DNA of 64,000 bases. Origin: Octopus sinensis (Eukaryota). Of the stretch, positions 1 to 13,289 are shown one piece after another. The DNA lies in the NCBI RefSeq assembly GCF_006345805.1, contig NC_042997.1, forward strand, positions 35,836,001 through 35,900,000, in the 5' to 3' direction. The notes beneath the pieces were generated by a model. The model was not told the origin of the DNA, made no database searches, and was given only the letters and a program-made list of their open reading frames with translations. The position numbers were made by a program, and so were the translations under genes. Every line of letters begins with the position of its first letter. The first letter of the stretch is position 1.

Positions 1-481
1 TTTATATACATATTCATACAAACGTATACTAATGCATAGATAAGTATGCAAGTATTACGTATTACGAAAAACAACTGAGGACACACATTTCATCCAGATT
101 CTCTAGCAATACGTAAGCCAGTAAACGAGATACGATATTTAAAATCATGTAGATATCTTGAATAGCATGTGTTGTTCTTTTTTCTTATATACGTACATGC
201 ATACCTATATATATACATATACGCTTATTCTTTTACACATATACACATACGTATTAAGCCATACATACATGCATACAATTAAAGGGAGAACTCGCATGTA
301 CACACACACACACACACAGACACATGTATATATATATATACGTTCATACAAACATATAAACTTACGTACATACGTTCATACATACACACATAATACATTA
401 AATACATATATAAATAAATAAAGTATATTGCATTGTGTGTGTATGTATATATATATATATTATATTATTATATATATATAT

Positions 482-547
482 AGATAGATAGATAGATAGA
501 TAGATATATAGATAGATAGATAGACAGATAGATAGATATATAGATAT

Positions 548-602
<55 letters not shown>

Positions 603-640
603 TATAGATAGATAGATAGACAATAGATAGATATATAGAT

Positions 641-679
<39 letters not shown>

Positions 680-680
680 T
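482..680. repeat. (TAGA)n microsatellite
   Basis: Long imperfect tagatagataga tract; it produces the IYLS-type ORF artefact at 460..690. Confidence 0.95.
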
Positions 681-909
681 AGAAGAACAAAGAAATAACT
701 AAAAATTAATTATTATCGTATCAACCGTAGCATAGAGCTGCTTCCGCTGTAGCGTTCGGTGAGTGTGTAACACTATATTGCTTCATCGGGGTTTCAAACA
801 TGAAGTGTAGTTTATTTGGAAACACAATTGCATTTATGCACGTATGCGTTACCGCTATGAAAGCGTATAATTGGAGAATAAAACCTAAGGTCTCCTCCCA
901 TAGTTACAA

Positions 910-1720
910 TAAATTGTATGTTTGGCGAAATTTCGTGTGAACTTTGCAATTTGATCTTTTCGCAGATCGTCATGCTTCGAACGGTAACATTTATTCTCAA
1001 TAACTGCAGTGACTGTATGATGCGTTAAAAGGCCGCTACCCAGTATTCGTCAGATGAAGACGCGCTCTCCTACGACATAGCAATTACCCAATTCACACTG
1101 CCGATATTATAAAGCGCGTGGAGGCGCAATGGCCCAGTGGTTAGGGCAGCGGACTCGTGGTCATAGGATCGCGGTTTCGATTCCCAGACCGGGCGTTGTG
1201 AGTGTTTATTGAGCGAAAACACCTAAAAGTTCCACGAGGCTCCGGCAGGGGATGGTGGTGGTCCCTGCTGTACTCTTTCACCACAACTTTCTCTCACTCT
1301 TACTTCCTGTTTCTGCTGTACCTGTATTTCAAAGGGCCGGCCTTGTCACTCTCTCTGTCACGCTGAATATCCCCGAGAACTACGTTAAGGGTACACGTGT
1401 CTGTGGAGTGCACAGCTACTTACACGTTAATTTCACGAACAGGCTGTTCCGTTGATTCGGATCAACTGGAACCCTCATCGTCGTAACCGACGGAGTGCTT
1501 CCACATTATAAAGCGCAAACTTTAGGAACTTCTGGAGCTGGAAGTGCCTCCTCAGCTTTCCTACAGTCCATATCTTGAACAATTATAGCACACATTTTTC
1601 TAAGCCATGGCTTGTTTCAGGCACAGAAGACATTTCCATAACATAGACGAGGTTGAAAATTGGTTGAGGAAAATTTCTGCCTGTAATCTAGTCATGATAT
1701 AATCGTTAAATTGAGCTTCG
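910..1720 (+). pseudogene. Decayed mariner (DD34D-type) transposase C-terminal relic, interrupted by a SINE
   Basis: With the SINE removed, the sequence reads RALLRHSNYPIHTADIIKRKL*ELLELEVPPQLSYSPYLEQ...AMACFRHRRHFHNIDEVENWL. This matches mariner LLHDNARPH...LEVLPHPPYSPDLAP...F.N.DEV..WL. Multiple stops. Confidence 0.75.
1118..1504 (+). mobile_element. tRNA-derived SINE (family A; recalls octopus OR-type SINEs), full length
   Basis: Pol III A-box TGGCCCAGTGG and B-box GGTTTCGATTCC. 12-bp TSD ATTATAAAGCGC at 1106-1117 and 1505-1516. Second copy on the minus strand at 63382-63705. Confidence 0.9.
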
Positions 1721-2550
1721 GGCACATTGATGTCAACAAACAACAGAATATGATTGGATGTATTTACCTGAACAGATGTTATCCTTAAGAATTTGATTGA
1801 ATTGTTTGAATATAAATTAAGTCTTGACACAGGGAAAAACTTTTCTATGAACTTGGTATATATCAAGAGAAGAGAATGAGAATAAACCAAGAATATATCT
1901 CAGCTGGTAATTAGTATGCACACAAATATACGCACTTACACACACACACACTCACATACATAAACACACACTCTACACAGAAACCAATAAACACACAAGG
2001 CAATAAACACACACACACAAACCAATAAACACACAATTGTGCGTAGAATATTACTTATAGACTTCAAATATATAGTAGGTATTTATATCGAGCATTTTAA
2101 ACAAACTTAATATTATTGTCAAATTAAGAGCAGTATCTTTTATAACTTTTTGTGCGCTCGAGTTCTGAATAGATTCCGGTTTTGTGTACCCTGAGAACAT
2201 GCAGGTGGATATCGGTTTTGAAAATAGAGCATACACGTCGCTTTCATTAAGTGTACATGTCGAACAATCAAACAATGTCGGAAAATGTATATCTGTCAGT
2301 GGGAACACGTAAACACACACACACACACACACACACATACACACAGACACAGACACACACAAACACACACACACTTACAACACATTAGTGTACGCACACC
2401 CAGGCAAAAATACAAATAAACCTTTCTATATATATATATATATATATATGCACAAACTGCATACATTCACCCTCCCACATATATAGTGAAAGAATGAGAG
2501 AAAGTGAGAGGGAGAAAAACATGACTATATATGCATATACACACATAAAG

Positions 2551-2584
<34 letters not shown>

Positions 2585-2674
2585 TATATGTGTGTTTGCA
2601 CATGTGTATATATATGTATATGTGTGTGTATGTATACATATATATACAAATATATACGTATGTATGTATGTGTG

Positions 2675-2707
<33 letters not shown>

Positions 2708-2985
2708 ACATATATGCATGTAAATATATATATATATATACATACGTACCATGTAGCACGCATGTGCAGGTATTTTCTGCATGTGTCTGGGTGTGCGCAT
2801 ATTCTTGCGTGTGTGACCATGTTTGTGGATTTGTGTGTGTTCGTACTGACACACAGAGATATAAAATGTACGACATAGTTTGATTAATCAACTCCTACGA
2901 ACAATAAAAACGACGTGTATGTTCTATTTTGAAAGCCGATATGAACCTTCATATATATGTATACACACACAAACACACACACGCA

Positions 2986-3049
<64 letters not shown>

Positions 3050-3070
3050 AAAACATGAGGCGAAAGATTC

Positions 3071-3150
3071 AGCGGTACATATGTTTCGGGCCTTTATTAG
3101 ACAGATACATAACAAATCATAATGTATGTCTGTGGCCTTCTTCAGCCGCT
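3071..3150 (-). ncRNA. Type I hammerhead ribozyme motif (Penelope/retrozyme-type)
   Basis: Minus strand reads AGCGG-CTGAAGA-AGGCC...GGCCC-GAAA-CATATG-TA-CCGCT. Stem I is AGCGG/CCGCT, the CUGANGA and GAAA core is intact, helix III is the palindrome ACATATGT and the cleavage triplet is GUA. First base pair of stem II is an A.C mismatch. Confidence 0.8.
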
Positions 3151-3891
3151 CACAACAGCTTCCACAAGGACATGTGTTAGTTCCGAAATTCTTGGCTGGG
3201 GATGCAAATCTTCTCGTTCCCGTACGACAAAATGCGGCAGCAGCATCGAATTGAATCGTCCATCTCCTTCTTCTCTCCCCGAATTTCTACACTCAACTAT
3301 ATATATATATATATATATATACATAAATTGAAATTTATATATGAATTTTTAAATCTAATAATAGGATAAAAGCTTCATAAGAATTTACCAAGTAGTCATC
3401 GTATTTATTATGGTAGTTTTGACGGATCCCTTATAATTTGGAGCATTTATGTTTAGTAGTGCCCTTCATATAAATAAGTATATTTAAAAGGTATAATTAT
3501 AATTTACCCCTTATGACGTTTTTTTTCACATTGACTACTTGAAAAATTCTTATAAAGATATTATCCTATTTTTTAAATTGAAATTTAACCAGAAGATATT
3601 CAGTACTGATTTATTCTGTATGTGCACGTGTACCGAGCTGTAATTCGAAAAGCCTGCCGCTTAAATAGGTATATTCGAGTGATCAACTCTAATACACTAT
3701 GTTGGATACATTTGGGGTTCATCCGGTATGCAGATTTTTGTTCATTTTTAAGTAACTTGATTAAGTCTACACTGACGGTTAAAAAGTGCATTTTGTGCAC
3801 TAAGTATGAAATCATATGATCTGCAGCTGAATCTCTTTTTAAGGAGCTCGCTTCAAGTGTTACATATATATATAATATATATATATATATA

Positions 3892-3926
<35 letters not shown>

Positions 3927-3929
3927 AAG

Positions 3930-4026
<97 letters not shown>

Positions 4027-4713
4027 TCCTTTTCCAAGTAAGTTTAATCCTAATAATTACGATGCGCGCTCTTATTCTATTTTTTCTCTGTCTATCTATC
4101 TCCATCTCTTGTTTTTCCTTTCTGTCTTTCAATCCCACCCTTTAGCATTTCTTCTTCTCTCTCCCTCACAGTTCTCTCTCTCATTCTTCCCCCTTGACTC
4201 TCGTTGATGACACGCGACGAACGGCGATCTATCTTTCTTACTTTCGCTTCCTTCGTAAAGACAACACGTTCTTTTACCTGTCTCTTCTCAGAGCTCGTCG
4301 TTCTATCGTTCATAATCTTCACATCATTTTGGTTTAACCGCCCGTTTGTTTTATAATTTTGTTCTCACTGTCCTGTTTTTTTTACCACTTTCACTCTCCG
4401 CAAAACATCCCAAATTTTATTTAGTTTGCTTTGCGGGAAGGATTGTTTTAATGAAATCGCGCCTTGTCCTTATCTCCAAAACACGGAGTAGATCAAACAG
4501 GGGCCAACTGATGAAGTGGAATGTTCTGTATGCTGCCTCTCTCATTTCTCTGTTTGTTTGTTTTCGCTGTTCGAAAGAGTTTGTTTTCTAAGGTTTCGTT
4601 TCTGTTTTCGTTTCACATTGTCTCCGTTTTCTTTGATGTCCTGTACCCAAATGCGCATGTATATAAACATTAATATGTAGGTGTGTACATATATGTATTT
4701 ATATATGTATATA

Positions 4714-4762
<49 letters not shown>

Positions 4763-5036
4763 ATACAAAGTAGGAGAGAACGAGAGACTCACTAATATGA
4801 CAGTATGTGCGCATGTCGAATGATAAGGCTATGACTTAATTTCTTTATCTAAATTTGTGAATACGCATATACGTATATACAGGAACACACACACATACCC
4901 ACACATAGACACACACACTCACACACACGCTTACACTCACAAGTATGAACGTACACCCAGACGCATCACAAACATTCACGCATATGTGGGCTTGTTTGTA
5001 CGTGTATGTATGTATATATATATATATATATATATA

Positions 5037-5440
5037 TTAATAGTAATGATAAGACAACAAAATGAATAAGACCTCGATATTATGTAAATAGAGGAAATTA
5101 GCTCCAATATAATATGTTACAATCATTCGGTTGCCATAATAAAACTCCTTGTTTCGGATGTCGGGGCAGAAAATTATTCCCGTATCTCGTAAGTTATCGA
5201 AGCAATCAAAAAATGGTATGAAAATGTTAAACAAAGGGAAATTACTATGTAATTGACAAATGAGCTATTATTAAGACAAATGAGCTATTAGAACGACCGT
5301 TAAAAAGGGTGAATGGCCATTTTCAAAGCATTTTTGATTGCCTCGACAACTGACTTGATGCCGGAGCAGTTTTCTGCCCCGACATCCGAAACTCGGAGTC
5401 TTATTATAAAAACCGTATAAATGCCACACATTATATTATA
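5037..5440. mobile_element. Small fold-back element with two inverted degenerate hammerhead-like units, flanked by TA-rich repeats
   Basis: Perfect 23-bp inverted repeat GTTTCGGATGTCGGGGCAGAAAA (5151-5173) and TTTTCTGCCCCGACATCCGAAAC (5370-5392), inside ~90-bp imperfect arms (~5127-5215 and ~5329-5417). Confidence 0.7.
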
Positions 5441-7899
5441 TTATATTATATTATATTATATGATATATATACATATATGTGTGTATATGTACATATGTAG
5501 ACGTTGTAAACGCTCGAGGTTTATGTTTATGTATTGTGACAGTATGGTTGTGTGCACTATTTATATTTTATCTTATTTCCTTCACCACATATTAGAGTTA
5601 CTTCCCTTTTATTTAATGTTTTTTTTTTTCGATACAGTCTGTTGCCATTTATAACCGACGAGAGTGCATCGTAGCTCTTTGCTCCGATATTGGAAACTCC
5701 GAATACTATAAAGACAACCCTTTACTGTCTGTTCTAAATTATAACATATATAACTAATTCTCTGTTTCTCTAATACCGCGGTCTCATTTTTTGATGTTAC
5801 ATTATTATTTATTATTATTATTATTATAATTATTATTATTATATTATTATTATTATTATTATTGTGATTATACGCACACACACATATATATCTTTACATG
5901 TATATATGTGTGTGAGTGCTCTGTGTGTGGTTAAGTAGACAGACACCAAGCACTATTGTATAGTCACTCTTATATTAAGTTAGTTTACAAAGTCGTTAAG
6001 TATGTCACGTTGTGATGTGCTCCACATTATGTTATGCGTGATTATGGTAACTTACATCATGTCATATTTCATTTAATTCTATGACACCGTTACTTTTTAT
6101 TACTATTTGCTATAATGCGTGATATACGTGAAATATTTTGTGACATATAATATTAATGTATAATGCAATGCGTCATATGTTAACATTTATAATGCATACA
6201 TTTTCCATTTATTTTACTGTTGATGTGTGTCCGCATAAGAGTGAACTGCCAGTGTTGTTCTTGGCTCGGATAAATCGCTACAAGATTGTTTATCATTCTT
6301 TGTACAATAAATAAAATTACCGCCAGTCAAGCTTTGTATTTTCGCCTCAGATATTCTCTACATAAATTATCACGGCTGGGCTTCTTTCTATTCTCCTATT
6401 CTACGTTTGGTTGCCTCTCACATTATGGGAGAAATCGGCTATACAGCAACTTGAGTGATAGCCCCAGCAATGTATAAAAGTGCCAGAGCTGCGTATCATG
6501 ACACCTGCTTGAGACAACTCTTCAGATGAAGCAACCGGAGCAAACATATATCTTGTATCTAAGTATAATGGATTGCCATCTTGTATAATATAGTGTCATC
6601 TTGGTAGAATACATTGCATTCTACCAAGTTGACGATATATTATGGTTATATTATGTACGAACGTAAGCTATATATTTTATAAATATATTGTCCAATCTTG
6701 AATCTTGCATTGCTTAATTTAGATGGAAATGCATAACAGAGACGTTGGTAGCGAGTGCGTATCAATATACATATATATATACAGATACAAACACACAAGC
6801 ACACATACACACGCACACATACACACACAAACACACAAACACACACACACACACACCTATATATATATACATCATGATACATCATGATACATCAACGGAT
6901 TTCTCACGTATGTACTTGCTTTGAACTGCTGTGTAGAAAATTTCGTAAAGTTTTTAAAATGAAACTGTTACACTTTCCCAATTTGCTTCCATTAAATCTA
7001 GAATGCTAGTAATTTGGATGAATAATACTCAACGTCATTATGTCAGTAGCCCTGTAAGATGAAGCAATTTCAGTACGGTGTAATAGAAACATCTTGAAAC
7101 AAAATTCAAATCTCTATTGACTTTCAATGATTCAGGAAACATTTCTAACGTCCTCAATTTATAAAGCATAAACTAACACATTCTGCAACATTTATCATGA
7201 GAGTTACGGAAAATGTTTAATTTCTTTTATAGAAATAATGGATTACGTGTCTAAATCTTAATTTTTGCTTTGACTTCTTTCAAGTTTTCCTCCTTCACCC
7301 ACTGCATTTATTGTAAATCATCAACTACGATGAATGATATTATAATGTGTATTATACACCAAGCTATTTATTGTTTTTTTTTTTCATATAATCATTGATT
7401 GCATGTTTCCAAGTGATGGTGAGAAATGTCTGACAAAACATAATTGGACAGATATTTTCAAATCCATATGATATTCCGGTTATTAAATGAATAGTCATAA
7501 AAAATATAAATACAAGCGGAAGCTAACATTAAAACGAAAGTCCTCGTATTTTTCTGAGACAATGCGTGTAGGCTTGTGTTTGATTAAGAATGCCAAGAAA
7601 CACTGTATTTCAAGTATTTATATCAAAACGGAAAACATGCACAATAATAACTTCGTTGAAAAGACTATAATATTTATTTCTCAGTTTCAAGCACCAAAAA
7701 CGTTGGTGTAGTGGAATGTTATTGGAACCAACATTTTACGATGAACAGAATGCAAAAGAATTAATACTGAAAACTTAAATTGATTTCAATTGTATTGAAA
7801 CAAAATCATATACAAGCATCTTAAAGATATATAAATTTGAACATATACCTAATAAATTCACACACATATTTACATACATGCATACATACTTATATACAT

Positions 7900-7934
<35 letters not shown>

Positions 7935-8140
7935 CATGCATGTATATGATTATATACTAACACAAATGTATGTATATAAATATATACATACACACATATA
8001 TATATATGTACATTTGTATGTATGTATGTATATATATATATATGTGTGTGTGTGTACTTATATATAAGTTAATATATATGTAACTAAATATATATATATA
8101 TATATTATATATATATATATATAATATATATATATACATT

Positions 8141-9048
8141 TCAAGTATAATCAGCCGAAATTGCAAAGCTAATCTGGAACTCGACTGAGGAAAGAAAACT
8201 CCGAATGACCGGTCCTTGTTTGCTTTGTGGCATGTATCTGGATATTTTGTTCTCTCTTTTTTGTATCACTTAACTGTCTAGATGTTTTGCGTTCTTGTCC
8301 CATTTTGTATTATATATATCGACGTTCGTACACTTTGGTCTCTTATATGTAAGTATATATCTATCGAAATCTTGTACGACTCTATCCTTTCTTTCTATCA
8401 GTCCTTTCACGCTTATCCGTTCATTCCACTGTTCATTCTTTCGTTCCCCCTCTCACATTTCTCCGCCTTCTCTTCTTGCTCACTTTACCTCCCCTTTTGA
8501 ATTCACTGTGACCCTGTCATTTTTCTAGCCCCTTCCTTAATACTTCTGTCCTTCTGACTCTATCTCTTTCTCTTCTCTCCCCACGTGACCAGTGTTCGGC
8601 CAAAGCTGATCTTTCTTTCTTGGTACACAAGCCGTCCTTGCAATATCTATATTCCTCAATGTACTTTGTATCCCTGCCGTAAGGCTTCATTTCCACACAC
8701 GTCAGCTTGATTTAATTCGTAAATAGTCGAAAGACACCTGTTGTTATGTCTTGTTATTTGTATTTGTGTAACATTCTCCGTTTTTTTGCCGTCCAAGTTT
8801 TCGTATACATTCCCTGTTTTTTTCCAAGGAATCTAATGCTCTTAGATTTGTTTTTCCTTGTGGTAGGCCAGATTGGAGCAATCTCAAGTATAACCAGCCA
8901 AAATTGCAGAGATAATCTGGAACTCGACTGAGGAAAGAAAACTCCGAATAACCCGTCCTTGTTTTCTTTGTATCGTCTTTCTGGATGTTTTGTTGTCCCA
9001 TTTTTGTATCACCTGTCTGGATGTTTTGCGTTCTTGTCCTATTTTGCA

Positions 9049-9053
<5 letters not shown>
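8141..9053 (+). mobile_element. Non-coding element with ~170-bp terminal direct repeats (pseudo-LTR/partial-tandem structure, Penelope-like)
   Basis: Direct repeats at ~8141-8312 and ~8884-9053 (TCAAGTATAA...CTGGAACTCGACTGAGGAAAGAAAACTCCGAAT...GTTTTGCGTTCTTGTCC). Both sides lie in (TA)n. No TG..CA termini or PBS. Confidence 0.6.
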
Positions 9054-9147
<94 letters not shown>

Positions 9148-9190
9148 CATGTATATGTATATATATACCTATATATATACGTATATATAC

Positions 9191-9503
<313 letters not shown>

Positions 9504-11282
9504 GACACACACGCACACACACATACACACACAGACACACATACACACATATATATATATACACACACACTTTATTTTCTACTTATTTGAATCAGTGAAC
9601 AGCTGCCCAGCTGAGACATTATCGTGCACTGCTACTTAAACAAATCTTCCTCAGTTATATTGTTACGTGTAGTGTTTATCAATGACATTTCCTGAACCAC
9701 TAGGTTACAGGGTCATAAACTAACCTTACTGGGTGTTGATGAATATTGAGGGCAATCAAAAGTGTATAAAGCACACATGTTTCCAAATACTCTTAAAGGT
9801 GAGACTGTTCGTCGTTTCTGTGCCGAACAAGAGATTTGTTCTAGATGATGTAAAGTGGAAAGCAGCTTCATCCACCATACACGCACGCGCATACACGTAT
9901 ACACCCTTACACACATCACATACATCACACACCTCCATACACTGGAGTTTTGAAATATAAGGATTTACATGTTGTTATAAACATCGGTTATATGTTTTGC
10001 TATCTTAGTCCAAATAACACTGCTTAATTTCATTTGCGTATATGTGTTTGTCTGTGTGTACAAATAATTTTTTCCATATATAAATAGATGATTATAAACC
10101 CACAATTTATAATTCTCTAGTCACGTCTCAATAGTAGGCACTCAGTTAATTATATAATCATAAAATGAACTGATAAATAAATTATAAGAAGTCGACTCTG
10201 TGGCATTTTGTTTGTTTGCTGTAAATAAGTTTCGGTAATTTTCTATAAAAAAAATTATTGTTTTGATGTAACAATGTAAATCTATGATTGGCGCAAATAA
10301 TATTTATGATGACTATGTTCAAATGCGGAGACCATGCCGCACAATTATCTTGATTTCTCAAGTGAAACACTAATAACTCTGTTACGATGAATTGATTATA
10401 GCTAAAAGCGTTTAAAATATCATAGTGTGTCTAATTTATTTTTCAAATATTTCATATTTTTGATTTCAAGAGATTTAGATTAGATAGCTCCAAACCATAT
10501 TATTTACAGTAAATAAGTTATTTGAAAAACATAAAATACATGAAACACTATAAATTGTATCGATTCTTATTGAGAAGAAATGTTGCTAACAGGGGAATAT
10601 GTAAAATAAAATTATCATCTTCGCAAAAATAGAGAAGGTACCAACTAAAGAGTGATAATAACAGAAATCAAATTGAAACGTACGGCATTTGGTGTAACAG
10701 AAGTGAAATCACCAAATGAAATCATCACTCTCCGAATTGTTATATGTTTATTACATTTTCCTATAGTCTCTATTTTTCCTTACAGTGTTTCTAATTCCGC
10801 CATGGCTTATACTAATTTGTGTGAATTTTATTAACGAAAATATAACTTTATTTTTGCCTAAATCTTGATTCGTAACATGCGAAGATCCTGTAGATGTTTA
10901 TGCTTATCAGAAGATTTCTAGACTTGGAAGAAATGAGACATCAAATTACGCAGGAAAGTAGCTTTCAGTTTAATACAATTTCCCTTTTGTATATTGCAAC
11001 GTCTAGGTGAATCGAAGTAATCAGGTTAAGTCAGTTGATACACATTCAGAGCATGGAGCCTAATAAACATGCGCATAGCATTACACGCTTGGTACACACA
11101 CATAAGCATTATAAAAGTCTTTGACGCCCAATAGACTATTGTGGATTCGGTCATTTCGCTACTATACATCCCATTTAAAAGATAAAGAACTAATAAGTTT
11201 AAAACTGGCGGCGGAAAATAATTTCTTCGACAATAATTTACTAAAGCAAATTGTTAGTAATATAAATATGTAGTTATATATA

Positions 11283-11513
11283 GGCGGCGAGCTGGCAGAC
11301 ACGTTAGCGCGCCGGGCGGAATGCTTAGCGGTATTTCGTCTGTCGTTACGTTCTGAGTTCAAATTCCGCCGAGGTCGACTTTGCCTTTCATCCTTTCGGG
11401 GTCGATAAATAAAAGTACCAGTTTCGCACTGGGTCGATGTAATCGACTCAATCCCTTTGTCTGTCATTGTTTGTCCTCTCTATGTTTAGCCCCTTGTGGG
11501 CATTAAAGAAATA
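11283..11513 (+). mobile_element. tRNA-derived SINE (family B, Meta/MESC-like central domain)
   Basis: Head GGCGGCGAGCTGGCAG...GAGTTCAAATTCC, central GCCTTTCATCCTTTCGGGGTCGATAAA..AGTACCAG. ~20-bp TSD AATATAAATATGTAGT(T/C)ATA at 11259-11278 and 11514-11533. Many copies in the window. Confidence 0.88.
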
Positions 11514-12449
11514 AATATAAATATGTAGTCATACTGTTTTTGTAGTTATACTACACGTTTAATACTAATGCTAGAGGAGAAGGATTCACATTCGGTTCTA
11601 AAAAATAATCGTTAATAAAACACCGTAGGATGAAAACGTGAAAAGTAAATGAGTTATACAAATAAAACTAATATATCATTATTGCCAACTGAATGCGCAT
11701 GAATGCGCAAAATAAGTAAAAGCCACTGAGATATTTATACATATACAAGATTTAAATTAAAAGCTAGTGTTCTCCAAAATAAATAACACGATAATTTCAA
11801 AGAGACAATCATAAATATATACAGTCTATGTAGTATTACCTGATCTGTAAACTATTCTAGAAATGATTATTTGGTCATGCATAAGGTCATTTCATGTGTT
11901 AGCCTCGATTTATTGATGTCACTTAATAGACTGCAACTGATATTCGGATTGTCTCGCAACACGTTCACTTGTCAGGAGAGACGGTTATCATATGTGTTTG
12001 TGTGTATGGTGTAGATTCTGTGAAAATTTCGAGTAGCAAAACCTGTCGTTCATGTCTTTGTGAAAGGGTTGCATGTGTGTAAGTTCGTGCGTCGTTGTGT
12101 GTGCGAGCGTGTATGGCTTTCAGGACCCGTCAATATATATTTATTGTTCATTTTCTGGGAGTATATGGAGCAAATCTTGTTTCGATTTTATGACGCTCTT
12201 CTTTCATTCCAAATAAGCAGAGAATAAAGTATTTTCTTCCCTTATACTATATTCACACAATTACCTGCAAAGCATAGAAGGACACACGCACTCACACTGG
12301 CACAAAATACACACAGAGAAAAACATACACTTACCTGCAAAGCATAAAATCACGCACACATTCACGCACACAAACAGCACACACACACACATACACACAC
12401 ACACACTGATAAAAAAATTACAAACACACACAAATATATGCTCATTAGC

Positions 12450-13100
12450 CTAAGGGGCCTAGCTTTTAGCAGGGATAGTAAGGCTTGTCCAACATCCGTC
12501 AGCGTCACATCCTCAAAGTCATCCACCAACTGAATGCTCATATGCACATACGCGGTAGATGCATATATGATCTTCTATAGCTCAGATTTTAGTGGCACGC
12601 TGTGGTACGGGTGTGTCATTTCATTTCACACAGATATTTTATGAACTGATAGCTTCAATTTTCATATAAATCTAGATACAGGTTCCTGTCGTAATGCCAT
12701 ATTGGGAGTATATATATTGAAATATTGTATTAGTAGTACAATATGTGGCCTTATGTTTCCTAACATATTGATAGAATGCTAACCTGGGTTTCCTATCACC
12801 ATATCCCCTTCAGTGTTCCCCTATTCCCTCTTCCGTGATGTTAGCAATTGCCGCAATATAAGCTCAATTGTATCTTGTATATTCGACCGATAAACATTTT
12901 AACATGCATGCAGCTTATCTCGTTTCGCAGTTCACCTCTATGTTCGTATTAGAAATAAATCTATGTTCATTGCTGAATGCGGTCCTGTCAAATGCGTATG
13001 TCCTACTTACTTTTGATCTAATACATTCGATTGGTTTCTCAATAAGGGTCCCCAAAAACCTACAAGCGAACTCCATTGCACCATGCTTTTCTCTTATCTA
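12450..13100 (-). pseudogene. Possible very old CR1-like LINE 3' fragment
   Basis: Minus-strand peptide PVPQRATKI resembles the CR1 VQRRATK motif; otherwise heavily decayed. Confidence 0.3.
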
Positions 13101-13289
13101 CAACTTACTAATCGATTTGTAGTCTATTACATCGTTTCTTACGTTATCTCAGGCGAATCTCATTTGCATCAGTTAGATTTTCTAACATTTTCTTTGATTC
13201 CTTTACCCCTTAATTACATGTTTTGGGTGCAACCGGAAAACGGCATGCGGCACATGACGTCAAGTGAGTTTTTCTTTAACCCGGAGACC

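Noticed and set aside
1118-1190. tRNA gene-like sequences (also at 11283, 48687, 54600-54673 and 55006)
   Set aside because: They are SINE heads: they continue into repeat bodies, some have TSDs, and they lack a proper cloverleaf acceptor stem.
2055-2292. Possible minus-strand exon inside ORF 2051..2374
   Set aside because: The peptide is unrecognisable, the donor is weak, and part of it recurs as an inverted repeat at 2907-2947.
5957-6362. Possible solo LTR (TGTA...TACA with internal AATAAA)
   Set aside because: No TSD, PBS or second copy is visible.
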